Positions 1-10,001 are shown, counted from the stretch's first letter. The stretch: DNA of 64,000 nucleotides from an uncultured cyanobacterium (GCA_963719515.1 CAVRCJ010000013.1:64001-128000); one strand, 5' to 3'. A program made the numbers and translations. The notes: generated by a model not told the origin, from the sequence alone.

Positions 1-565
1 CGATGAAGGCGATCGCGATGATGAGAAGACCGTGATCACAGACGGCAGGATGAGCCGCAGCGACGCTATCGACAACAGGGACGATCAGCTAGATGACGAT
101 GACGACGATGACGATGATGAGTTTCAGGACGACCTAGACGCGGATGATGATTATGACGATGACGACGACGATAGCGACGATGATGATAACGACGACGACT
201 CAGACGGGACGTTTACCGGCTTCCAGGTAAAAGGCGGCGACTACCTAGACGTGCGCCCGATTACCGAGGCTCAGCTGCCCCGCACCTGCTATCTGGTGAT
301 CGATCGCGCCGCTGAGTTGATTACCCGCCCCTTGAGCGATTTTGCCGATTTAGGGCGTGTGCCTTCGGGCGAGATAGAAGAGAAAACGCTGCCCGTATTT
401 GATAACCACAGAATCGCCAAGCGGTTTTCAAATCGCCGGTTCCACCGCATCGTCAAGATTCCAGACAGTCGGCTACTGGTGAAAACCACGGCCTATTTAC
501 AGGCCAAGGGTATTACGCGGCTGCTATTTGATGGACAGGTCTACGCGCTGTCATCCCCAGACTAG
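1..565 (+). CDS. Conserved cyanobacterial hypothetical protein with long Asp-rich linker, 5'-partial
   Basis: Frame is open from base 2. A poly-Asp tract precedes a globular C-terminus (LPRTCYLVIDRAAELITRPL...LPVFDNHRIAKRFS...KGITRLL) that I recognise from cyanobacterial hypotheticals. Confidence 0.75.
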   Translation, partial: DEGDRDDEKTVITDGRMSRSDAIDNRDDQLDDDDDDDDDEFQDDLDADDDYDDDDDDSDDDDNDDDSDGTFTGFQVKGGDYLDVRPITEAQLPRTCYLVIDRAAELITRPLSDFADLGRVPSGEIEEKTLPVFDNHRIAKRFSNRRFHRIVKIPDSRLLVKTTAYLQAKGITRLLFDGQVYALSSPD

Positions 566-769
566 TCTCGGCCTAGCATATCGTCAACAACACAGCGTGA
601 CGCTATGCCCAATTAGCCAGACTAAAGGCAACAATTTGTTTCTGGGAAACGAGAGAAATCAGACTGCGCCGAACGAAGAATGTTAAGAGTCCATTAGCTG
701 TGGATGTAAAGCTGTCGGTAGCATCGTAATAGCGAATTTGTAACAGCTGGTGTAAGGGAGACGCATCAA

Positions 770-2425
770 ATGAAACCTTGGATATGCGAAGGGGTGGCTA
801 AGGATGGAGGACAGCACTCAAATCAGAATCCACCAGGGCCACATGAACCTTACGAGAATTATGGGGAAGACTGCGTTATTTGTAACCTGACCCGTGAGCA
901 GGTTGTCGGCGGTGTGAAGAAAGGCGAAAGCTCATTCCCTGCCAAGGGTCTTGCCGCTCTGGGCCTCGCTGTCTTAGCTGTTCTCGCCGCAGGCTGGTTC
1001 TTCTTCCTTCGGGGCTCTGATCCAGATCCTGTCCCTGTAACAATCAATCAAGACACTGAAGGCGGCAGCGAACCCATAGATGGTCCTTCTGGCTCAGAAG
1101 CTGTGGACCTGACGCCGGAGGCAACTGGACTCCGCCAGGATCTCTACGCGTGGCAGCCCGATCGATTTACATGGGGACAGCAGACGTTTTTCTCGGGCGA
1201 TGCAAACGTGCCGCGTGACGAGGGCATTGAGTCATTTCGGGCCGGAGATTACGCGGCGGCAGCCTCTAGCTTCGATCGCGCTGTGTCAGGAAATCGCAAC
1301 GACCCAGAAGTTTTGATTTTTCACAATAACGCTCGGGCGCAGCAGCAGGGTTCTCCCTATACATTGGCCGTTGTGGTTCCCGTAGAAGGGCGCTCAAAGT
1401 CTGCTGAGGAGATGCTCAGAGGCGTTGCGCAGGCGCAAAATCAGTTCAACGAAGCCGGCGGTCTCGATGGTCGGCTGCTTGAAATTGTCGTCGCCAACGA
1501 TGGAAACGATGCCGAAAATGCCGTGAGAGTGGCAGAGGAAATTGCGGCCGATGACTCTGTATTAGGAGTCATTGGACATAACTCAAGTGATGCCAGCCGG
1601 GCCGCTCTAGAAGTTTACGAACGGGCCGGCCTGCCGATGATCTCTCCAACCAGCACCAGTACTGAGCTAGAGAGCGACTTCTTCTTTAGGACCGTGCCCT
1701 CTGACGCTGCTGCTGCGAGAGAGCTAGCCCAATATGCCCAAAGTCAGGGCCTTTCAAAAGTTGTTATTTTTTACAACCCTGAAAGTAGCTTCAGTAACAG
1801 TCTGAAGTCGGCTTTTGAGAATAGCTTTTCTGAAGGGGGCGGCGAGTCTATCAGCAAAGACATGACAGATTCGGAGCTAGACGCCGGGATTGAGGTTTTT
1901 AGAGCTGCGAGTGAAGATGGGGCCGAAGCGCTTTTGCTGTTTCCAAGCACCAACTACACCAGAGTTGCCATTGAGCTTGCAAGGGCCAACTCAAAGCTGT
2001 CTGAAGGCGAAAGGCTTTCACTATTTGGGGGAGATTCTCTATACAGTATCGATACGGTGGTGGCAGGCGGGGAGGCGACTGAAGGTTTGGTTCTTCCCGT
2101 TCCTTGGTTTGCGGGGGCTCCGCAGTTCAAGACTTTTAGCGACGCGAGCGTGCAGCGGTGGGGTGGGCCGGTGAGCTGGCGGACTGCCATGAGCTTTGAC
2201 GCCGCCCAGGCCCTCATTGAAAGCTTATCTAGCAGCGCGACAAAAGCTGACGTCTTAGACAACTTGAGGCAGATAAATCTACCTAGCGAGGAAACCTCAG
2301 GCCAAGCGTTTGGGTTTGCGGAAAGCGGCGATCGCGAGAGTGAGCCGGTACTGGTTCAGATTGTCAGGGGCTCGGCCAATACCGTTCCGGGGTCGGAGTT
2401 CGGCTTCGAGTTGGTTTCAGACTAA
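770..2425 (+). CDS. Membrane-anchored LivK/LivJ-type (Peripla_BP_6) ligand-binding protein with N-terminal Cys/His motif
   Basis: N-terminal C..H..CxxC motif, one TM helix (ALGLAVLAVLAAGWFFF), TPR-like segment (NDPEVLIFHNNA), then type-1 periplasmic binding fold (GVAQAQ..FNEAGG, VLGVIGHNSS, ISPTSTS, FFRTVPSD). Confidence 0.85.
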   Translation: MKPWICEGVAKDGGQHSNQNPPGPHEPYENYGEDCVICNLTREQVVGGVKKGESSFPAKGLAALGLAVLAVLAAGWFFFLRGSDPDPVPVTINQDTEGGSEPIDGPSGSEAVDLTPEATGLRQDLYAWQPDRFTWGQQTFFSGDANVPRDEGIESFRAGDYAAAASSFDRAVSGNRNDPEVLIFHNNARAQQQGSPYTLAVVVPVEGRSKSAEEMLRGVAQAQNQFNEAGGLDGRLLEIVVANDGNDAENAVRVAEEIAADDSVLGVIGHNSSDASRAALEVYERAGLPMISPTSTSTELESDFFFRTVPSDAAAARELAQYAQSQGLSKVVIFYNPESSFSNSLKSAFENSFSEGGGESISKDMTDSELDAGIEVFRAASEDGAEALLLFPSTNYTRVAIELARANSKLSEGERLSLFGGDSLYSIDTVVAGGEATEGLVLPVPWFAGAPQFKTFSDASVQRWGGPVSWRTAMSFDAAQALIESLSSSATKADVLDNLRQINLPSEETSGQAFGFAESGDRESEPVLVQIVRGSANTVPGSEFGFELVSD

Positions 2426-2536
2426 GGGGAGACGCTCTACGAAGACTCATGGGTTACAGCTAAGTAAATATATTGCTCTGTATCGCAGCTTGTGAATTTT
2501 CAAGATACGGCACGCTTTAAAAGATAACTGGAGGAA

Positions 2537-5500
2537 GTGATGGCAGCAGTTCAAGAAAAAAGCATGGTCCCTACTGTCTTGGTAGGCGTGGGGGGAACCG
2601 GTGCGGAAGTACTGCTGCGGACTCGCCGCTTGATTGAAGAGACCTATGGGGGCTTAGAGAAGTTTCCTATTGTGAGCTTTCTTTGGATTGACACAGATAA
2701 AGACTACAAGATCGGCAATCCTGAGGCAGCTGGCTCTCCTTTGAAGGACAACGAAAAATACTGGGCGAGCGTCAGCGGCAAAGAGGTCAGCGACATGATG
2801 ACCAACATGCACAAGTTTCCCTGGATTGAGTCGTGGTTTCCCAGAGAGCTAGAGCGCAATATTGGGGCGCTAGAGGCTGGGGCCGGGCAGATTCGCGCCT
2901 GCGGACGGTTTGCCTTTTTCTACAACTATCACGACATAAAATCACAATTTAACGAAGCCTGCGATCGCACCAAGGGGCATGAGAACTTCATGCAGGATAA
3001 GTACGATATCCGCGTGAACAGCAACGGGATCAATATTTTCATGGTGGGCTCTCTGTCCGGCGGAACCGGAAGCGGCATGATGCTGGATCTGGGCTACTGC
3101 ATTCACAGCTGGCTGAAGGGGCAAGGGAGTCCCCTTGTAACGGCGATCGCGCCTATGCCCAACGCCTTTGCGGGAATTAAAGTCGGCGATCGCGTCCTTG
3201 CTAACGGATACGCGGCGCTTATGGAGTTGAGCTACTTCTCCGACCACCGCACCGAGTATATGGCCCAGTTCAGCAAAGGGCTCACCGACGAGGTCCGCGA
3301 CATCCGCCCGCCGTTCGACTTCACCTATCTGGTGGGCACTAAGAACGGCGAGGTGGAGTTCAACTTAGATCAGCTGCGCGAGATGATCGCGCAAAACATC
3401 TTCCTCGACCTCACCTCCGACTTCGCGCCTCACAAGCGCTCCATTCGAGACAACATAAAAGGCGCTTGGGCTCAAGCCGACCCCGGTGGACGAGGCTACC
3501 CCAAAAATTTCATGAGCTTTGGCCTAGCCACCATCGAAATTCCGATTGCGCAGATTCGCTCCGCGCTGTCCAATCGTCTATCAAGCGACCTCATTAGCTG
3601 GTGGATAAACGACTCTGTCGCCCTACCGCCCAACATGGTAGACCTGGTTCAAACTGATATCCTCAAGCGGATGCGGCTGACGGAGGCAGACCTGCTGAGC
3701 GACATCGCTTCCGCCAATGACAAACTGCTGATCAGCGAAATCGCGGCCTGGGTCAACAGCGTTCGCAACGAGATTGCCACTGGAGACAAGCTTAAGTCTA
3801 CGTACCAGGGCGCTAATCTTTTAGGACCGGAGAAGGGAAATATTCTCGGATTTCTAGACTATCTGCAGCCCAAAGTCGATGAGTACCGGGCCAATCACCT
3901 GCGGGAGCTCAGCACCGACGAGCGAGCCCATGGGGACTTCTTGCAGAAGATGTACGACAACCGCAACCAGATCATTCGCCAAGGGCGGATGGCGCTAGAG
4001 GAAGAGCTGTACGCCGTTATTAGCGATCGCAACCGAGGCCCCAAGTTTGCCGATGCCTTCATCACAACCGTCCGTCAATTGATGACGAACACCGCCGACA
4101 AGTTTCGGCGTGAGTCCGAAAAGATCTATCAGCCCAACGAGACCAACCGTCAGCGGCAGTACGAAGCCGCCTTGCAGGAAATTTCCGAGGCGAGAACGTC
4201 TTTTGGCATTACGAAGCAAGCTCAAATGGATAAAAGCGCCGCCGATGCGCTGAGCGGTTTAGAAGGCAGCCTGGTTGCACTCATACAGCGAAAGACGCGA
4301 TCGCTGGGTTTAGAAGTCATCAACCGCATGGAGGAGCACCTCACGCTCCTAGAGCGGCGCGTCACCCGCCTCAACCAAAAATTTAGACAGCTTCAAGCCG
4401 ACTTCGGGCAGGCCGCAGAACAAGAAGCCAACAGCGCTGACGCCCTCAAAATCAACGGCATGAAGCTCTACGATAGAGATGAGCTAAACCTGCTCTATCA
4501 AGATATGGTCGAGCGCCTCGCAGGCTCTTCAGCAGGGAGCCAGAGCCGGTTTGAGCTAGGACTGGGCCAAATCTGCAGCACCATGACTGAGGATATTCTC
4601 AGGGAGGCTAGCCCGCTGTGGAAAAAGACTCGCCAAAACGATGAGGTGATGCAGCTATTCAATATCACCGAGCTGCCCGAGGTGAACTACGAGGACTTCA
4701 AAGAGAAAATTGAGGACAAAACCCGGGCGACCATCGAGCGCGCCCCCAAAGAAAGTATGCTGAAGCGAAACTTGTCAGCCTGCGATCGGCTGTTCAAGAG
4801 TTTGCAAAATGACGCGGACGACATTCGCAGCAACATCCGCATCGTGCATCAGCGCTCTCAGCCGCTATTAGAGCTGTCGCAGACTGCCTTGATGGGGGCA
4901 GGCTTCACGCCCGCCAAAAACACAAAAGTTGCTATCTTAGGGGGCCGTAACTCTAGCGACCCGGCGGCGATGAAGCTGATTCCCTTTCTTCAGGCCCGCG
5001 TCGGCAGCGCTGATGCTATTACGCCATTGGGGGAGCAAGAGCGTCATCGGGTTGTGTTTGTCCAAGAGATGGGTGGATTTTCGCTCCGATGCGTCAACGG
5101 GATGGAGAGATTACAGCAGTCTTATCAAGACTGGAAAGGGCAGGTGATTGAAGCCAAGCGGGCTCAGATGCGCGGGGAGAGTCGGGATTTGCCTATTCCC
5201 GTACATATTCAAAAAGAGCTGCCCTTTTGGGATATCTTCCCTGAAGACCCAGAAGTGTTCAAGCTGGTGATTCAGGCCAGAGCGCTAAACGTGCTGAATC
5301 TAAGAGAAAACCGCAGTACTGGTGAACCTGTCATTTGCTATGTGCGCAGCACGGTGACTGGGTCTGAGAACATTGATATTGCCTCAAGTTGGGAAGAGAC
5401 GGTTCAGGTGCTGGAGGTTCAGGCTTGCCGCCCTGACAGGGTGGAGATTCAAAAGCAGGTTTCAGCCGTTTTGGCCAAGGCTGAAACGCCTCAGGCAAAG

Positions 5501-6073
5501 CAGGCCCTCTATGAGCGCCTCATGGCGTATCTGCGGCAGCGCGAATCTGAGCTAGACAAGCTGGGCGGCAAGGATAGCGCAGAGTACAAGCGAGAACAAA
5601 CCATTATCCAGAACGTGATTACGACGAACAGGCTGCGGACGGGGCAGGGGTCTGAAAGCCAGCCCAGGTCTCATGCTGGGGGCGATCGCCCAAAGACATC
5701 GGCTAACCCCTCTGCGCGGCGCACGGGGCCTCGGCCTAATGGGTCTGGAGAAGCTGCGAATGACTATGCTCAATTTGAGCAGTATCTCTCTCAGCTCTGG
5801 GATCTTGGAATTCCAGAAGATGCGTTTGTGGCTTCGGCTCGGTCTAAGGCGGCAGAGCTTGAGCTAGATGTGAGGAGGGCAGAAGCCGTGTGGACGAAGT
5901 TCATAGGCCCAGCTGGTCTGACAGCTGAGGAACGTCAATATGAGCAGTATTTGAGCCAATTGTCAGCGATGAATATTCCGAAGGACGCATTGATAGCCTC
6001 TGCGCGAGCCAAGGCCGTGGAGCTACAGATTGGGCCTGAGAAGGCAGAGAGTATTCAAAGTAACTTTATCTAG
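2537..6073 (+). CDS. Tubulin/FtsZ-like (Tubulin_2-type) GTPase domain protein with coiled-coil body and duplicated C-terminal module
   Basis: VGVGGTG, IDTD, GAGQIR, tubulin-like signature GSLSGGTGSG and ANGYAALMEL. RBS GGAGG lies just upstream of the GTG/ATG. Confidence 0.88.
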   Translation: MMAAVQEKSMVPTVLVGVGGTGAEVLLRTRRLIEETYGGLEKFPIVSFLWIDTDKDYKIGNPEAAGSPLKDNEKYWASVSGKEVSDMMTNMHKFPWIESWFPRELERNIGALEAGAGQIRACGRFAFFYNYHDIKSQFNEACDRTKGHENFMQDKYDIRVNSNGINIFMVGSLSGGTGSGMMLDLGYCIHSWLKGQGSPLVTAIAPMPNAFAGIKVGDRVLANGYAALMELSYFSDHRTEYMAQFSKGLTDEVRDIRPPFDFTYLVGTKNGEVEFNLDQLREMIAQNIFLDLTSDFAPHKRSIRDNIKGAWAQADPGGRGYPKNFMSFGLATIEIPIAQIRSALSNRLSSDLISWWINDSVALPPNMVDLVQTDILKRMRLTEADLLSDIASANDKLLISEIAAWVNSVRNEIATGDKLKSTYQGANLLGPEKGNILGFLDYLQPKVDEYRANHLRELSTDERAHGDFLQKMYDNRNQIIRQGRMALEEELYAVISDRNRGPKFADAFITTVRQLMTNTADKFRRESEKIYQPNETNRQRQYEAALQEISEARTSFGITKQAQMDKSAADALSGLEGSLVALIQRKTRSLGLEVINRMEEHLTLLERRVTRLNQKFRQLQADFGQAAEQEANSADALKINGMKLYDRDELNLLYQDMVERLAGSSAGSQSRFELGLGQICSTMTEDILREASPLWKKTRQNDEVMQLFNITELPEVNYEDFKEKIEDKTRATIERAPKESMLKRNLSACDRLFKSLQNDADDIRSNIRIVHQRSQPLLELSQTALMGAGFTPAKNTKVAILGGRNSSDPAAMKLIPFLQARVGSADAITPLGEQERHRVVFVQEMGGFSLRCVNGMERLQQSYQDWKGQVIEAKRAQMRGESRDLPIPVHIQKELPFWDIFPEDPEVFKLVIQARALNVLNLRENRSTGEPVICYVRSTVTGSENIDIASSWEETVQVLEVQACRPDRVEIQKQVSAVLAKAETPQAKQALYERLMAYLRQRESELDKLGGKDSAEYKREQTIIQNVITTNRLRTGQGSESQPRSHAGGDRPKTSANPSARRTGPRPNGSGEAANDYAQFEQYLSQLWDLGIPEDAFVASARSKAAELELDVRRAEAVWTKFIGPAGLTAEERQYEQYLSQLSAMNIPKDALIASARAKAVELQIGPEKAESIQSNFI

Positions 6074-6117
6074 ATTATTGTTCGACATAGCGCAATTTAT
6101 CTCCCGAGGTCAGCCAA

Positions 6118-6566
6118 GTGACATACTCCCGACGCTCATCTTTTAGATAGAGCGCGGGCTTCTTGGCTCACGCACCACAATTTAATGGATGCCGCGCAAG
6201 AAGGTTTCCTGCTTCATCTGGTCCTGTCTAGTTACGCAGCAAGCCGTGCAACCCCGATTAGATCCCATCGACAGGCAATTTGTTTAATGTCCAGGCAATG
6301 ACCAACCCCAGACAGTGACGAGTATTCAATTTCCAGCTACGTTTTCTACCGTTTGCACTGTTCACCAGCCAAGGGCTGTACGTTTGTGTCAGGATAGCAG
6401 GCCGCCGCCATGAAATAGTTTGAGCTTGGTTCAATCGTACCCTTTGCTCGCCTCGGCGCTGCCCTTAATTGCCGCCTTCGGCATCCAGTCAAGGGCGCAC
6501 CTCGACTCGCTCGCTTACATCCCGACGCTGATGCTGCGCATACAGCGCGGGGCTGTCACGAACTAG
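6118..6566 (-). mobile_element. Non-autonomous IS200/IS605 mini-element (449 bp), copy 1
   Basis: Subterminal hairpins CCCGCGCT...AGCGTCGGG at both ends, right end ...GTATGTCAC, left flank CTAG. Six substitutions versus the copy at 21508-21956. Ends are shared with the tnpB element at 54817-56428. Confidence 0.9.
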
Positions 6567-6604
6567 CTAGAGGGGGACTTTAAAGGGCACAGCAAGCTAA
6601 ACCC

Positions 6605-7714
6605 CTAGCTATTGACCGGCAAAATCTCAGGGTGGAAGTAAAAGGCCAGCCCAATCACGGCATAGGTTGCCAGCAGCAGTGCCCCCTCTAGCCAATTTGA
6701 GCTGCCGTCTGAGCTGACCGAGTTGGCCACAAACACCGATACGGCGACGGCCACTAGCTCAAACGGGTTAAAGTTGAGGTCCATCGGCTGTCCGGTAAAC
6801 CAACCTACCAAGACCAGCAGCGGGGCCACAAATAGGGCGATCTGCAGCGTCGAACCCACCGCCACCGAAATCGATAGATCCATCTTGTTTTTGACGGCTA
6901 CGGTCACGGCAGTGGCGTGCTCAGCCGCGTTGCCAATAATCGGCAGCAGGATGACGCCCGTAAACAGCCGGGTCAGCCCAATTTTTTCCGTAGCCTCTTC
7001 CAGGGTGTCTACTAAAAACTCAGACTCAATGGCAACGAGCGCCGTGGCAGCCACCAAGACTCCGCCCCACAGCCACAGGTTGGGTTGGTGAGGCTCTATC
7101 GGCTCGCCATCAGCATCGACCTCCACAGCCATATCCGCTTCCCCAACCTCGCACAAATAGCTGTGGGTTTTCATCGAAAACACCAGCGTCAGCACGTACA
7201 CCAGCATCAGGACCACCGCCACCGCCACCGACAGATTCTGCAGCAGCGGCTCCCCAATGCCGGTAGAGGTAAACTCCACCGCTGTCGGCAGCAGCATAGC
7301 CACCACGGCTAGGTTCATCGAAGAGGCGTTGATTCGCGCCACTACGGGCTGAAACGTCTGCTCCTTGAACTTCAGGCCGCCCAGCAGCATCGAAAACCCC
7401 ATGACCAGCAGGAGATTACTGATGATGGAGCCGGTCAAGCTGGCCTTGACCACGTTGACAAACCCAGCGTTGAGGGCAATGAGGGCAATAATCAGCTCTG
7501 TGGCATTGCCAAACGTGGCGTTGAGCAGTCCGCCTAAGGTCGGCCCCACCACGACGGCGATTTCCTCTGTGGCGGTGCCCATCCAGGCCGCCAGCGGAAT
7601 GATCGCTAGTCCGGCGAGAACGAATATGGCGATCGCCCCCCAGTGGAGAAAATGGGCCGCGATGGAAATCGGAATAAAGATCAGCAGTATGCCGAAAAGT
7701 TGGTTTCTGGTCAT
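6605..7714 (-). CDS. cax: Ca2+/H+ antiporter (CAX family)
   Basis: Alpha-repeat motifs GNATE and GNAAEH; about 11 TM segments. Confidence 0.92.
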   Translation of the reverse strand: MTRNQLFGILLIFIPISIAAHFLHWGAIAIFVLAGLAIIPLAAWMGTATEEIAVVVGPTLGGLLNATFGNATELIIALIALNAGFVNVVKASLTGSIISNLLLVMGFSMLLGGLKFKEQTFQPVVARINASSMNLAVVAMLLPTAVEFTSTGIGEPLLQNLSVAVAVVLMLVYVLTLVFSMKTHSYLCEVGEADMAVEVDADGEPIEPHQPNLWLWGGVLVAATALVAIESEFLVDTLEEATEKIGLTRLFTGVILLPIIGNAAEHATAVTVAVKNKMDLSISVAVGSTLQIALFVAPLLVLVGWFTGQPMDLNFNPFELVAVAVSVFVANSVSSDGSSNWLEGALLLATYAVIGLAFYFHPEILPVNS

Positions 7715-7863
7715 AGGTTAGTTATCCAATCGTATTGAGCGTAGCATCTCTGCTCTCACTCTCACGTCCCTTGTCGTGCAGATCACAACCTGAAGATCGC
7801 GGCAAAGATATTAACAGTTGTTTACAATAGTTATCAAAGATATTAGAAACCCTGCGATTGACT

Positions 7864-8940
7864 ATGGCGATTACAGCAACGCCCCTCACAAAACTGGCCT
7901 ATCAGACCGTTCAGCAAGGGAAGAGCTACTTCGGGCTCGCCCACAAAATGCTGAGCAGTCAGCTTAGAACTGTGGTAGCCCCGCCGTCTGAGAGCAGCGA
8001 CCCTACGCCGATTTCTCCTCAGCTGCTGCTGGAGCTCAACCAGCGTATGAACCAGCTCTTAGACCAAGACTGGGCCGACGCTGAGCGGGAAATTTACTCG
8101 ACAGACATTCTGTTTGATAATCCCTGGGACGACTTCCTTCGCTATTACCCCATGATTTGGGCCGATCAGCCCCAGGTCTGGGATCGCGTCAACGGTAAGC
8201 GCTTCGAGGAGTTCTCGCCTGGTATTGCCACTGAGGATTACCCCAAGTACTACGCCCGCAACTTCCACTACCAAACCGACGGCTACCTCAGCGACCATTC
8301 CGCCAACCTGTATGACCTGCAGGTGGAGATTTTGTTCAACGGCACCGCCGACGCCATGCGCCGCCGCATTTTAGCGCCTCTGAAGCAGATGATGGCTGAG
8401 TCTGGCTTCGAGAACGCCGCTCGCACGCGAGTTTTGGACATCGCCTGCGGCACCGGGCGCACCCTGCGCTTTTTGCGGGATGCCTTTTCCAAAGCCTCCC
8501 TTTACGGCATCGACCTGTCCCCTGCTTATCTACGTAAAGCTAACCAGATGCTCTCGCGCATTCCGGGCGAGCTGCCCCAGCTGATGCAGGCCAATGCTGA
8601 GTCTTTGCCTTACGTTGATAACTTCTTCCAGGCGGTTACCTCGGTGTTCATGTTCCATGAGCTGCCGGCCCCCGTTCGGCAGAACGTCATCAACGAAGCC
8701 TACCGAGTAGTGCAGCCCGGCGGCACGTTCATCATCTGCGATTCGATTCAGCTGAGCGATTCGCCGGAGCTGAAGGTGTCGATGGAGAATTTCTCGGCCA
8801 TGTTCCACGAGCCTTTCTACCGCAACTATATCGAGGATGACCTGAATGGTCGCCTTGAGCAGGCTGGGTTTGAGGTGGTGGAGATGCAGGTTCACTTTAT
8901 GAGCAAGTACTGGATTGCCCGTAAGCCTGTTGAGGGTTAA
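7864..8940 (+). CDS. Class I SAM-dependent methyltransferase
   Basis: Motif I VLDIACGTG, IDLSPAYL, FMFHELP; cyanobacterial YPKYY.RNFHYQTDGYLS block. ATG at 7864. Confidence 0.88.
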   Translation: MAITATPLTKLAYQTVQQGKSYFGLAHKMLSSQLRTVVAPPSESSDPTPISPQLLLELNQRMNQLLDQDWADAEREIYSTDILFDNPWDDFLRYYPMIWADQPQVWDRVNGKRFEEFSPGIATEDYPKYYARNFHYQTDGYLSDHSANLYDLQVEILFNGTADAMRRRILAPLKQMMAESGFENAARTRVLDIACGTGRTLRFLRDAFSKASLYGIDLSPAYLRKANQMLSRIPGELPQLMQANAESLPYVDNFFQAVTSVFMFHELPAPVRQNVINEAYRVVQPGGTFIICDSIQLSDSPELKVSMENFSAMFHEPFYRNYIEDDLNGRLEQAGFEVVEMQVHFMSKYWIARKPVEG

Positions 8941-9004
8941 ACCGGCTGCTTGGGGGCAGGCTCCCTGCATATGACAATGTCCGTTGTGGGGTAAAGCGAT
9001 CGCC

Positions 9005-9039
9005 GTAGGGCGGGTTAGCGTCAGCGTAGCTCACCCTAC
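9005..9039. repeat. REP-like palindrome (GTAGGG...CCCTAC)
   Basis: GTAGGGCGGGTTAGCG-TCAG-CGTAGCTCACCCTAC between convergent genes, overlapping the murQ stop codon. Confidence 0.6.
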
Positions 9040-10001
9040 GGTTTGACTGACGAAAGAGCCTGCCGCAGATCCCCCCCGTGCTCTACTAACAACCGATCGC
9101 CCTCCTCAGCGCTCACGTCAGCCCAATGCATCAACAGCGCCAGCTTCACCCGGCGGTGGCTTTGCTCTAGCAGGTCTGCCGCTTTTTTATTGTCTAACTC
9201 TGTCAGGTCCATTAAGATGCGCAGGGCACGGTCGTACAGCTTCTGGTTAGTGACCGCCACGTCAATCATCCGGTTGCCGTAGACCTTTCCTAGCTGCACC
9301 ATCACCCCGGTGGAGATCGTGTTGAGCACCAGCTTAGTGACAGTGCCCGCCTTGAGGCGCGTCGAGCCCGCCAGCAGCTCTGGTCCCACCAGCAGGCGAA
9401 TGTCTACATCTACCGCTATCGGCACCTGCGCTTGCGGAACGCAGGCCATAAAAATGGTGGTGGCCTGCCGCTCTTGGGCGGCTTCCAAGGCCCCGTGGAC
9501 GTAGGGGGTAGTGCCCCCAGCGGTGATGCCCATCACCACGTCGTTTTCGCCAACCAAGGCGTGGGCGATCGCCTCCGCCCCGTCGTCGGCCCGATCTTCC
9601 AGTCCTTCCGACGAGCGCACCAGAGCCGCCTTTCCACCGGCCAGAATTCCCTGCACCATTTCAGGCGGGGTACAAAAGGTGGGGGGACATTCGGCGGCGT
9701 CCAGCACTCCTAGCCGTCCGCTGGTGCCTGCGCCGACGTAAAACAGCCGTCCGCCCTGGCGCAGAGCCGCAGCGGTCTTCTCAATGGCGATGGCGATCGC
9801 CTCTCGGGCGGCGGCAACGGCCTCTAAGACGCAGGCGTCTTCTTGGTTAAAGAGATCGACCAGCTCTAGGGGCGTGAGCTGATCTAGGGTTTGGCTGTTG
9901 GGGTTGACCTGCTCGGTGAGCAAGTGGCCGCGCGCTGTAGGTGGGGGTAGCACAAGATGGGACGAAGGGGATGGGGGCACTGACTCCATAGATAACTCCA
10001 T
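9036..10001 (-). CDS. murQ: N-acetylmuramic acid 6-phosphate etherase
   Basis: GAGTSGRLGVLDAAECPPTF, GSTRLKAGT, KVYGNRMIDV. Confidence 0.95.
   Translation of the reverse strand: MELSMESVPPSPSSHLVLPPPTARGHLLTEQVNPNSQTLDQLTPLELVDLFNQEDACVLEAVAAAREAIAIAIEKTAAALRQGGRLFYVGAGTSGRLGVLDAAECPPTFCTPPEMVQGILAGGKAALVRSSEGLEDRADDGAEAIAHALVGENDVVMGITAGGTTPYVHGALEAAQERQATTIFMACVPQAQVPIAVDVDIRLLVGPELLAGSTRLKAGTVTKLVLNTISTGVMVQLGKVYGNRMIDVAVTNQKLYDRALRILMDLTELDNKKAADLLEQSHRRVKLALLMHWADVSAEEGDRLLVEHGGDLRQALSSVKP

Noticed and set aside
60..205. GAY trinucleotide tract as a separate repeat element
   Set aside because: It encodes the Asp-rich linker of the first CDS with mixed GAT/GAC codons.
6118..6566. Group I intron (IStron) or IscB/HEARO RNA inside the mini-element
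   Set aside because: I could not find group I P/Q/R/S core motifs or IscB remnants. The interior is better explained by decayed tnpB 5' and 3' fragments.
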